A DNA stretch of 64,000 bases from an uncultured Candidatus Saccharibacteria bacterium. Lineage in GTDB: Bacteria > Patescibacteriota > Saccharimonadia > Saccharimonadales > Saccharimonadaceae. Shown here in pieces: positions 17,032 to 24,888 of the stretch (position 1 is the stretch's first letter; the number at the start of each line of letters is the position of its first letter). A program made the position numbers and the translations under genes. The DNA is taken from the NCBI GenBank assembly GCA_937906385.1, contig CALCYQ010000001.1, forward strand, positions 81,632 through 145,631, given 5' to 3'. Below the pieces are notes generated by a model. That model did no database searches and was not told where the DNA came from. It was given only the letters and a program-made list of their open reading frames with translations.

Positions 17032-17102
17032 ATGGGCGCGTAACTAGGATTACGCCCAAAGTTTTGGTTTAAGTGACTCTCCTAACGGCGAGCCACTTTT
17101 TT
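17032..17102 (+). ncRNA. sRNA unit 4 (diverged copy)
   Basis: TGgTATAAT 17017-17025. Bulged hairpin gggcg(cg)taa-CTAGGA-ttacgccc 17034-17057. Linker AAAGTTTTGGTTTA. Imperfect terminator 17073-17096 plus T6. Confidence 0.5.
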
Positions 17103-17165
17103 ACGCTTCGTCACATCGATACTTAGCGTAACTCTCACGATCCACAACTTAATGCAGACACTCAA
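17082..17165 (-). CDS. Mini-ORF 4, 27 aa, TTG start (MSVCIKLWIVRVTLSIDVTKRKKVARR)
   Basis: SD GAAAGGAG with a 5-nt spacer to TTG. The 3' 21 nt lie inside the sRNA-4 terminator. Aligns with mini-ORF 2 (MSV.I....V.V...I...K.KK..RR). Confidence 0.4.
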   Translation of the reverse strand: MSVCIKLWIVRVTLSIDVTKRKKVARR

Positions 17166-17330
17166 ATCACTCCTTTCCCATGGACTCTAGCGAGGCCTAG
17201 TATGCTGTTTATTGAGTCCATGCGAGATGAACTTAATATTTGCGTAAGGGATAAACCAAGATTCCCGACTCAAAATAGCGTCAATAAAAATCGATTAAAA
17301 GCATAAGTTCAAGATTTTTCGCACAAACCC

Positions 17331-17564
17331 TATAAAAACAGATATAATAAAGGTGGAACTTACAATTTAACAATATATCGCGTTTTAGCTGACGCATTTT
17401 CGCGTTGCAAAAACTTTGATTGCAGCTCCCATAGGAGTCGGTCTTATAGTTTTTGCCTAAAACGCGAAATTGTAGGTTCCAGCCGGCGACTTGGGGGCTG
17501 CAATTTTTATTAAATTGCTGTGCCAAAAAATTATCAAACATAAGAGTAATTGGAACCTACGATT
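17331..17564 (+). promoter_or_regulatory. Promoter(s) and about 220-nt structured 5' leader of the Type III mod gene
   Basis: TTCAAG-17-TATAAA (17308-17336) and gaTATAAT (17343-17348). Helices: 17355-17366 with 17469-17480; 17379-17387 with 17458-17466; 17420-17430 with 17493-17503 followed by T5. Box GGAACCTAC is repeated at 17552-17560, directly before the ATG. Confidence 0.5.
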
Positions 17565-19478
17565 ATGAGCAGCCTCATTGAACTGCTACCAAAGGTAGTC
17601 AGTGAGGGGCGCAGAGAAGCAAATAGAATTTTGGACGGACTTTCTGCTGCGTCCCGTATTACTTTACAAACTAATGAACTTATTCAGCCGCACAAGGACC
17701 GCAGTCAGGCAGAAATCCTCAACGACGATATTGAATATGTTGACGATTGGAAGAATCGCCTAGTCTATGGCGATAATCTACTAGTCATGCAGGCACTTTT
17801 GGCTGGCGACCCGGCTTCGGGCCTACCTAGCATGCGCGGCAAAATTGACTTGATTTATATTGATCCGCCATATGATAGCAAGGCAGATTATCGTACGAAA
17901 ATAGAACTTCCGGGTGCGAATATTGACAGTAAACCGACCGTGCTTGAGCAGTTTGCTTACGCTGACACTTGGAGTGCGAACATTGATGGCGAAGACGTGA
18001 AGGGTACAGCTGCTTATTTAAAATATATGTATCCGCGGTTGGTAGTTATGAGAGAGCTCTTAAGTGAGCGGGGCAATATATGTGTTCATCTAGATTATCA
18101 TGTCGGCGCGTATATGCGCGTAATACTTGATGATATATTTGGTAAGGAAAATTTAAAAAATGAAATAATATGGGGCTATTCTGGCGGAGGAGTTTCAAAG
18201 AATAAATTTGCCCAGAAGCACGATACACTTTATTGTTACGCGAAAAGTAATGATTCGATTTTTAATGCTCAATATGCGCCATATTCTGAAAAATCCCAAG
18301 CTCTCATTAACTCAAGAGGAGGAACTAGTATTGATGGAAAAGAAAGAGATTTGGGCCGCGGAAAACATATGGAGGACTGGTGGGGCGATATACAATCACT
18401 TCAAACGTTTGATACGGAACGAGTTAATTATGGAACTCAGAAGCCAGAAAAACTATTGGAAAGAATAGAAAAGGCTTTTTCGAATAATGGCTCTATCGTC
18501 GCCGATTTCTTTGGCGGCTCCGGCACTACTGCTGCGGTAGCGGAAAAACTTGGCCGTAAATGGATTACTTCGGACATCGGCAAACCTGCCACTATGATTA
18601 TGCGCAAACGTTTCATCGATAACGACGCTGGTGAATTTCTATATCAATCCGTTGGCGATTATCAGCGCGAGCAAATGAGTACAAACTTTGGTACACGTTT
18701 CCGCGTTGGTGATTTAAATCAAATCGTCATTAACTTGTATGGTGCTGTTCCGTTCCGCGAAGAAGATAATCCGCGTCGCAACTTAGGCAAAATTCCGCGC
18801 ACGAAACGTCTCGTTTATGTCGCTTCGCCGTCGGAATTAGTTTCGGCAAATACCATCAAACGCGCGCTTGATGAAATGAATACTTTTCAGGGCGGATGGG
18901 ATAAAGTTGCATTGCTCGGCTGGAATTTCCGTAGCGACCTTGGCGCATATTTGGAAACGCTCGAAGAATACAAGAATGGTACGCTGACGATTGAAATTAT
19001 CCCGCCAGATCTTCTCGACCAATTGAAGAGCAAAACTACGTTTAAGAAACTTAGCGACCAAGTTGCGGTCGATCCAGACGGTACAATTCGTACACCAGTT
19101 CGCTTCTCATCACTCCAGTATCTCACCATTAAAGACCCAATCGTGAACGGCAACGAAATTACTGTAGAGCTAGATAACTATGTAATTTTATCTTCGGATT
19201 CTTTGCCACTCGATTCCAAGAATAAAGAAAAAATGAATGAAGTTATTGCGCGTGACCCGCTTGCACTAATTGAATATTGGTCTATCGATACCGACTTTGA
19301 CGGCAACGTCTTCCGCAGTACTTGGCAGGATTATCGCCAAAATACCGATAACGATAGTGACGCACTGCATGTCGTAAACAAAGTTACGCTCCCGCTTAAC
19401 AATACAACTGGCCTTATTGCTATCAGGGCAGTAGACGTCTTTGGCTTTGAAAGTGAAGTAATTGCAAGGATTGATTGA
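17565..19478 (+). CDS. mod: Type III restriction-modification DNA methyltransferase (Mod), N6-adenine/N4-cytosine beta class
   Basis: Motif [12 protein letters not shown] precedes motif [24 protein letters not shown]. About 640 aa and immediately followed by res. Start taken at ATG 17565 rather than TTG 17550. Confidence 0.9.
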   Translation: MSSLIELLPKVVSEGRREANRILDGLSAASRITLQTNELIQPHKDRSQAEILNDDIEYVDDWKNRLVYGDNLLVMQALLAGDPASGLPSMRGKIDLIYIDPPYDSKADYRTKIELPGANIDSKPTVLEQFAYADTWSANIDGEDVKGTAAYLKYMYPRLVVMRELLSERGNICVHLDYHVGAYMRVILDDIFGKENLKNEIIWGYSGGGVSKNKFAQKHDTLYCYAKSNDSIFNAQYAPYSEKSQALINSRGGTSIDGKERDLGRGKHMEDWWGDIQSLQTFDTERVNYGTQKPEKLLERIEKAFSNNGSIVADFFGGSGTTAAVAEKLGRKWITSDIGKPATMIMRKRFIDNDAGEFLYQSVGDYQREQMSTNFGTRFRVGDLNQIVINLYGAVPFREEDNPRRNLGKIPRTKRLVYVASPSELVSANTIKRALDEMNTFQGGWDKVALLGWNFRSDLGAYLETLEEYKNGTLTIEIIPPDLLDQLKSKTTFKKLSDQVAVDPDGTIRTPVRFSSLQYLTIKDPIVNGNEITVELDNYVILSSDSLPLDSKNKEKMNEVIARDPLALIEYWSIDTDFDGNVFRSTWQDYRQNTDNDSDALHVVNKVTLPLNNTTGLIAIRAVDVFGFESEVIARID

Positions 19479-19481
19479 TAT

Positions 19482-22382
19482 ATGGAAATTGACGAACAAA
19501 AACGCTACAAATATCCTCCACTAGCCTTTGCGAAGGCCGTAACTGAACGCGCCAAAGCAGCCTGGGAAGACGGCAGCTTTATGGAATCTGTCACACCAAC
19601 TACGCGCGCATTGTTAACTTACTGGTTCGACGATGCTTATGTAGATATGCGCGACCTGAACTTCCATATTGGGCAGCGTAATGCCATCATGAATATTATT
19701 TATATTCATGAAGTGCTCAAAAAAGATAAAGTTGTTGATGTTTATAATGAAATCGCTCCGCAGCTCCTATTGGAACGTGGCGGTACAAAGTTGAGTGAAC
19801 TTGGCGACGATATTTATTCCTTCCCAAAATACTGCGTAAAAATGGCAACCGGTACCGGTAAAACTTGGGTGCTTGAAGCCTTAATGATTTGGCAATACTT
19901 AAATGCCAAACATAACGAAGAAGGAAACTATACTAAGAATTTCCTCGTTGTTGCGCCTGGCTTAATCGTCTATGAACGTTTGCTCGATGCGTTCCTCGGC
20001 AAAATGAACGACGATGGCCAAACTCGCAATTTCGAAACGTGTGATATTAAGAAATTCGAGAATCTATTTTTGCCAGAAGAATACCGTAATGAATTTTACG
20101 GTTTTTTGCAGAGTAGCGTAGCCGCCAAAACCGAAATTGGTAGTAAAGTTACCGGTGATGGTTTAATTGCTATTACAAACTTTCATTTACTCATGGGGGC
20201 AGATGAGCAAGAAGACGAACCGGGCATTGACGACGGTTGGCGCTTGCCGGTTGCTCCGGGTATTACGGCGGGAAATAGCCTAGATTCGTTAGATAATTCG
20301 CTCCGCGGTAAAAAGGAGCTCGAATTCCTACACAATCTTCCGGACCTTATGATGATTAACGACGAGGCCCATCACATTCACGACAATATAAAGGGTGGTG
20401 AAAAGGAAGAAGTTGAATGGCAAAAATCTTTGCGCTACATCGCCGAAGGCAAAGCTAATCGTGCTATGCAGTTAGATTTTTCCGCCACGCCATACAACCA
20501 AAAGGGCAAAGAAAAAGTTTATTTTCCACACATTGTTGTAGATTTCGATTTAACTGACGCGATTCGTCGTGGTTTAGTGAAAACTTTGATGCTTTCCGAG
20601 CGTAAAGAATTAGCAACTGAGGCTCTAGTTTTTAAAGCTGTGCGCAATGATCGCGGCGAGGTGGTGGATTTGTCTGATGGTCAACGCCAAATGCTTCGCG
20701 CCGGTCTTTCGAAACTAGCAAAACTCGAAGAAGAGTTTAGGGATGTCGATTCGACCAAACGACCAAAGATGATGGTAGTTTGTGAAGATACAAACGTAGT
20801 ACCGTTAGTTGCAAATTTTCTAAAGCTCGAAGGTTTAAGTCAAGAAGAATTTATAGAAATTCACAGCAATAAGAAAGGCGAAGTTGGCGAAGAAGAGTGG
20901 AATAATCTTCGCAACAAATTATTCGCGCTCGATCGTCACGAGAACCCACGCGTGGTTATTTCTGTTTTAATGCTTCGCGAAGGTTTTGACGTTAATAATA
21001 TCTGCGTTATCGTTCCGCTACGTAGTACAACTTCCGGAATTCTTCTAGAACAAACAATCGGTCGCGGTCTGCGCTTGATGTGGCGTGGCAATAAAGAAAT
21101 CGACGAGCTCAAAAATGAGAACCGTCGCGCGATTATGGTCGAGCATAAGGCGGCAACTAATTATTTCGACGTCTTATCGATCGTAGAACATCCGGCATTT
21201 CGCGATTTCTACGACGAGTTAGTAAACGGCGGCTTAATGGGTGTCGAGGATGGCGATGAAGAACTTGGAGACGATGGTAGGAAAGTTAAAGGCGACTTAA
21301 TTCCAGTCGGATTAAAAGACGATTATATGGATTACGATTTTCGCCTTCCGTTAATTATTAATGAGGCGGAGTCTGTCATGAAAACTCCATCGTTAGATGT
21401 TACGAAATTGAAACCATTCGGGATGAGCTATGACGCGCTTATCAAAATGATTCCAGAACGCGAGCAGTGGATTGATCAAGAAGTACTCAGCGGTGTTAAT
21501 GCTGGCTATTTCGAGGTGACATCCGGAGTATTTCGCTCTACTAGCTATAACGATTATCTAAGCCGTATTACGAATCATATCGTCGAAAAACTAAATACCG
21601 CCGACAGTCTTGGCCGTAGCCGTAAGGCATTAGATTTTCCTATTCTGTCTATTAATAATGTTCAAATTGCCGCATTAATAGATAAATATATTCGCAAGCA
21701 ATTATTTGGGCGCGAAATTAATCCAGCCGAAGGGAAGAACTGGAAGGCATTATTAATTACGGAAGTAATGAATCATATTATTGGGCAAATAGCTTCCGCT
21801 ATCATCGCCTCGCAAGAAGAGGCGGAGAATGTGGGCGAGACGAATGTAGTCTTTACGCCATTCTCAAGCGTAAATAAAATCACTGTTCGCGAAAACTATA
21901 GCCTAGATTTAGCAAAGTGCATCTACGAAAAGTGTCCATTCCCGAGCAATAAGGGCCAATATGAGCGCGATTTTATGGAATTTTGCGACAAAGATGGCGA
22001 GGTGGACGCTCTGTGCAAAGTGATAGAAAACCGCCATACTTTTGCTCGTTTTCGCTACGTGCGCGAAGATGGTATGCCGGCAGAATATATTCCTGATTTT
22101 GTAGTGCGTATTGGTAGCGATAATTATCTAGTAGAGACTAAATCTCAAGATCAAATATCGCACCAAAACGTCATCCGCAAAAAACGCGCAGCACTTCGTT
22201 GGGTTGAAAGAATTAATGACTTACCGCTCGGTAAGCGTGAAGATATTACCTGGCATTACGTACTCCTCGGCGACGCCACATTTTATGAATGGAAACGTAA
22301 AAATATGACAATTCGCGAGTTGCTAGAGTTCGCCGAAATTCGTAACAACGATGAGTTAAACTTCACTGGAAAATTATTCTAA
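19482..22382 (+). CDS. res: Type III restriction enzyme Res subunit (SF2 helicase plus PD-(D/E)xK nuclease)
   Basis: Walker A MATGTGKTW, DEAH box (MMINDEAHH), helicase motif VI (QTIGRGLR), C-terminal nuclease motif YIPDF..LVETK. Confidence 0.9.
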   Translation: MEIDEQKRYKYPPLAFAKAVTERAKAAWEDGSFMESVTPTTRALLTYWFDDAYVDMRDLNFHIGQRNAIMNIIYIHEVLKKDKVVDVYNEIAPQLLLERGGTKLSELGDDIYSFPKYCVKMATGTGKTWVLEALMIWQYLNAKHNEEGNYTKNFLVVAPGLIVYERLLDAFLGKMNDDGQTRNFETCDIKKFENLFLPEEYRNEFYGFLQSSVAAKTEIGSKVTGDGLIAITNFHLLMGADEQEDEPGIDDGWRLPVAPGITAGNSLDSLDNSLRGKKELEFLHNLPDLMMINDEAHHIHDNIKGGEKEEVEWQKSLRYIAEGKANRAMQLDFSATPYNQKGKEKVYFPHIVVDFDLTDAIRRGLVKTLMLSERKELATEALVFKAVRNDRGEVVDLSDGQRQMLRAGLSKLAKLEEEFRDVDSTKRPKMMVVCEDTNVVPLVANFLKLEGLSQEEFIEIHSNKKGEVGEEEWNNLRNKLFALDRHENPRVVISVLMLREGFDVNNICVIVPLRSTTSGILLEQTIGRGLRLMWRGNKEIDELKNENRRAIMVEHKAATNYFDVLSIVEHPAFRDFYDELVNGGLMGVEDGDEELGDDGRKVKGDLIPVGLKDDYMDYDFRLPLIINEAESVMKTPSLDVTKLKPFGMSYDALIKMIPEREQWIDQEVLSGVNAGYFEVTSGVFRSTSYNDYLSRITNHIVEKLNTADSLGRSRKALDFPILSINNVQIAALIDKYIRKQLFGREINPAEGKNWKALLITEVMNHIIGQIASAIIASQEEAENVGETNVVFTPFSSVNKITVRENYSLDLAKCIYEKCPFPSNKGQYERDFMEFCDKDGEVDALCKVIENRHTFARFRYVREDGMPAEYIPDFVVRIGSDNYLVETKSQDQISHQNVIRKKRAALRWVERINDLPLGKREDITWHYVLLGDATFYEWKRKNMTIRELLEFAEIRNNDELNFTGKLF

Positions 22383-22417
22383 ACTACCGCCTAATCGATA
22401 TAGGCTAAAATATAACC

Positions 22418-22945
22418 ATGGACCCAAGTTTATTAGCATTTATATTGGCTATTCTAATCGCGGCGCCAGTTTTAGCGCTAATGATTCAGAAAAGTAGTTT
22501 TAAGGCCACCAACAATCAAAAAACTATCAAAAAATCGACCTATCACTATTTTGCAAAAAACTACATCATGACTCAGCGCGAGTCCGAATTCTTTAAGCAG
22601 CTCAACGAAATGCTCGGCAGTAAATGGTATATCATTCCGCAGGTTCATTTATCGGCATTGCTAAACCATAAAGTAAAAGGGCAAAACTGGAACGCCGCCT
22701 TCAAGCATATTAATGGCAAATCTGTTGATTACGTCTTACTTAGTAAGGAAAATATGAAGCCAGTTTGCGCTATCGAATTAGACGATTCTACGCACGACCG
22801 CACGGATCGTACGGAACGCGATGCAGAAGTTGAACGCATTTTTGCTTCTGCAAAAATCCCTCTTGCTCGTTTACGCAAGCCCGAAGAAATGTCTCGCCAG
22901 GAAATTGTGAATATTATAGCTGAAGCAATCAAAAGAGTTAAATAA
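22418..22945 (+). CDS. DUF2726-domain protein (restriction-endonuclease-like fold), membrane anchored
   Basis: N-terminal TM helix. ESEFFKQL..IIPQVHLSALL..KSVDYVLLSKENMKPVCAIELDDSTHD matches the DUF2726 core. Leaderless geometry: TAAAAT 22406-22411. Confidence 0.65.
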   Translation: MDPSLLAFILAILIAAPVLALMIQKSSFKATNNQKTIKKSTYHYFAKNYIMTQRESEFFKQLNEMLGSKWYIIPQVHLSALLNHKVKGQNWNAAFKHINGKSVDYVLLSKENMKPVCAIELDDSTHDRTDRTERDAEVERIFASAKIPLARLRKPEEMSRQEIVNIIAEAIKRVK

Positions 22946-22984
22946 TTTTTGACAAACCTCATCCACTAGTTGTACCATTGCATT

Positions 22985-23356
22985 ATGCAAGTAATACAAT
23001 TTAAATTCGATAACGAACGGCCAATCTATTTGCAGTTGGTCGAACAGCTTCGGGTGGCCATTGTATCTGGGGCGTATGCGGCGGGCAGTCGACTCCCGTC
23101 CGTACGCGAGCTTGCCGTGATGGCAAAAGTGAACCCCAATACCATGCAAAAGGCCCTGACCGAACTCGAATCAGACCGGCTGATTTTTACCGAACGCACA
23201 AACGGTAAATTCGTTACGAACGACCAGCGCTTGCTCGACAAAATTAAAACCGAGCTAGCAAGCGACCTGGTGCAAAAATACACCAGCGACATGGCCAAAA
23301 TTGGCATTACTTACGCGGATTCTATCAAATATCTAAAACAACTAGGAGGGCAGTAG
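22985..23356 (+). CDS. GntR-family (YtrA-subfamily) transcriptional regulator
   Basis: Winged-helix motif PIYLQLVEQLRVAIVSG..GSRLPSVRELAVMAKVNPNTMQKALTELE, short C-terminus. Start set at ATG 22985, behind TTGACA 22949-22954 and TGtACCAT. Confidence 0.8.
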   Translation: MQVIQFKFDNERPIYLQLVEQLRVAIVSGAYAAGSRLPSVRELAVMAKVNPNTMQKALTELESDRLIFTERTNGKFVTNDQRLLDKIKTELASDLVQKYTSDMAKIGITYADSIKYLKQLGGQ

Positions 23357-24067
23357 ATGGCAGCATTGCTTGAATGTAAACATCTATGCAAAAGCTTCGA
23401 CCGGCGTGTCGTGCTAGACGATGTCAATCTCAAAATTGACAAAGGCAAAATTATTGGCCTATTGGGCAAAAATGGTGCAGGGAAGTCGACATTAATCAAA
23501 CTTGTGAATGATTTATTGACGATAGATTCCGGCCAAATTCTCTTTAAAGGCAAACCGATTGGCGTAAATTCCAAGGCGCACATTTCGTATTTGCCAGAGC
23601 GCACTTATCTCGACAAAACGATGACCATTAAGCAGGCATTCAAAATGTTTAGTGAGTTTTATGCGGACTTCGACCTTGAACGCGCGCACGCTCTACTTGC
23701 GGATCTCGACCTCGACGAGGGTATGAAAATCGCCAAAATGAGCAAAGGTATGCAGGAAAAATTGCAGCTGATTCTCGTCATGTCGCGCGACGCAGATTTG
23801 TATATTTTAGACGAGCCGCTCGGCGGTGTCGATCCAGCCACGCGCGACCATATCCTCGACACAATTTTGTCCAACTTCAAAGAAGGTTCGAGCGTAATAA
23901 TTTCCACGCATCTCATTTCCGACGTGGAACGCATTTTGGACGACGTGATTTTTATCGACAAAGGCCAAATCGTTTTAACTGGTTCGGCTGACAAACTGCG
24001 CGCTAAACACAAAGCATCCATTAATGATATTTTTAGGAGTATGTTCTATGCTAAGAAAACTCATTAA
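23357..24067 (+). CDS. ABC transporter ATP-binding protein
   Basis: Walker A GKNGAGKST, signature MSKGMQEKL, Walker B LYILDEP. Confidence 0.9.
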   Translation: MAALLECKHLCKSFDRRVVLDDVNLKIDKGKIIGLLGKNGAGKSTLIKLVNDLLTIDSGQILFKGKPIGVNSKAHISYLPERTYLDKTMTIKQAFKMFSEFYADFDLERAHALLADLDLDEGMKIAKMSKGMQEKLQLILVMSRDADLYILDEPLGGVDPATRDHILDTILSNFKEGSSVIISTHLISDVERILDDVIFIDKGQIVLTGSADKLRAKHKASINDIFRSMFYAKKTH

Positions 24068-24827
24068 ATACGACCTCTTATGGATGAATCGTACACTTAT
24101 TATCTTTTATATCATTACGTTTGTCTTTGCGATTCTTATGCGTCTCGGCGAGAATCTTACCGATTCCGTCATTGGTAGTCTTCTGCGTCACATCTTGCCA
24201 GGTTTCGTAATTGGTGCCATGATTAACGTTATTATAAATGCCGCTATTCGTATTTGGGTGCGTTTCCGTCAAAATTGCTACAAAGATGAAGCATATCTCA
24301 CTCATACGCTGCCAATTACTCGCGCTCAACTTTATGATAGCAAGGTTATTGCTGCGCTCATTTCAACTGTCATTGCGGTTGCTGTTGTTATTACGTGTTT
24401 CTTTATTGCCTTCTGGAATAATGATATGTATGAATATTTTTGCTCTCTTGTTGAAAATGCTGATATGGGCTTCATCATTGGCGGCATTCTCGTTACGGCT
24501 TTGCTCGAAATAATTTACGTTATTGCGGTTGGTCTTTTCGGTCTAGTTGTCGGCCATCGTCGTAATAATAATCGAGTATTATATTCCGTCGTCATTGGCA
24601 TGATTCTTTACTTCACCTTACAAGCAATTCTGCTTGCCGTCATTTATTGCATCGGGTTCTTCGATGATGGCATCAAAGCTATGTTTGAGAGTAGCCCAGA
24701 AAATGCCATCAGCCTCGATAACTATCGCACGCTCATTGTTTCGGCTGATACTGCCTATCTTGTTCTTAATGTTTGCCTCTATGCGCTCGGTAAACATTAC
24801 TTCGAAAAAGGCGTCAACGTCGATTAA
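24048..24827 (+). CDS. ABC-2-type permease partner (about 6 TM)
   Basis: AGGAG at 24035-24039 lies 8 nt before ATG 24048. Polytopic membrane protein. Position matches ytrA-like GntR/ATPase/permease operons. Confidence 0.6.
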   Translation: MLRKLIKYDLLWMNRTLIIFYIITFVFAILMRLGENLTDSVIGSLLRHILPGFVIGAMINVIINAAIRIWVRFRQNCYKDEAYLTHTLPITRAQLYDSKVIAALISTVIAVAVVITCFFIAFWNNDMYEYFCSLVENADMGFIIGGILVTALLEIIYVIAVGLFGLVVGHRRNNNRVLYSVVIGMILYFTLQAILLAVIYCIGFFDDGIKAMFESSPENAISLDNYRTLIVSADTAYLVLNVCLYALGKHYFEKGVNVD

Positions 24828-24888
24828 CGATTTGCCACCCACTCCACTTAGCTGTTAAAATATATCTAACAACTAAGTGGAGTATTTA

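Noticed and set aside
16249-17340. Repetitive non-coding region considered as a possible CRISPR array.
   Set aside because: The repeat period is about 126-320 bp, not 25-40-bp direct repeats with unique spacers. Each unit has its own -10 box and Rho-independent terminator. No cas genes are in the window.
17281-17541. 86-aa minus-strand ORF from the track, lying in the mod leader.
   Set aside because: It has no SD and Cys/Phe/Asn-rich junk-like composition. It spans the promoter, the 19-mer box and the paired leader helices. It is best explained as a chance ORF in A+T-rich DNA.
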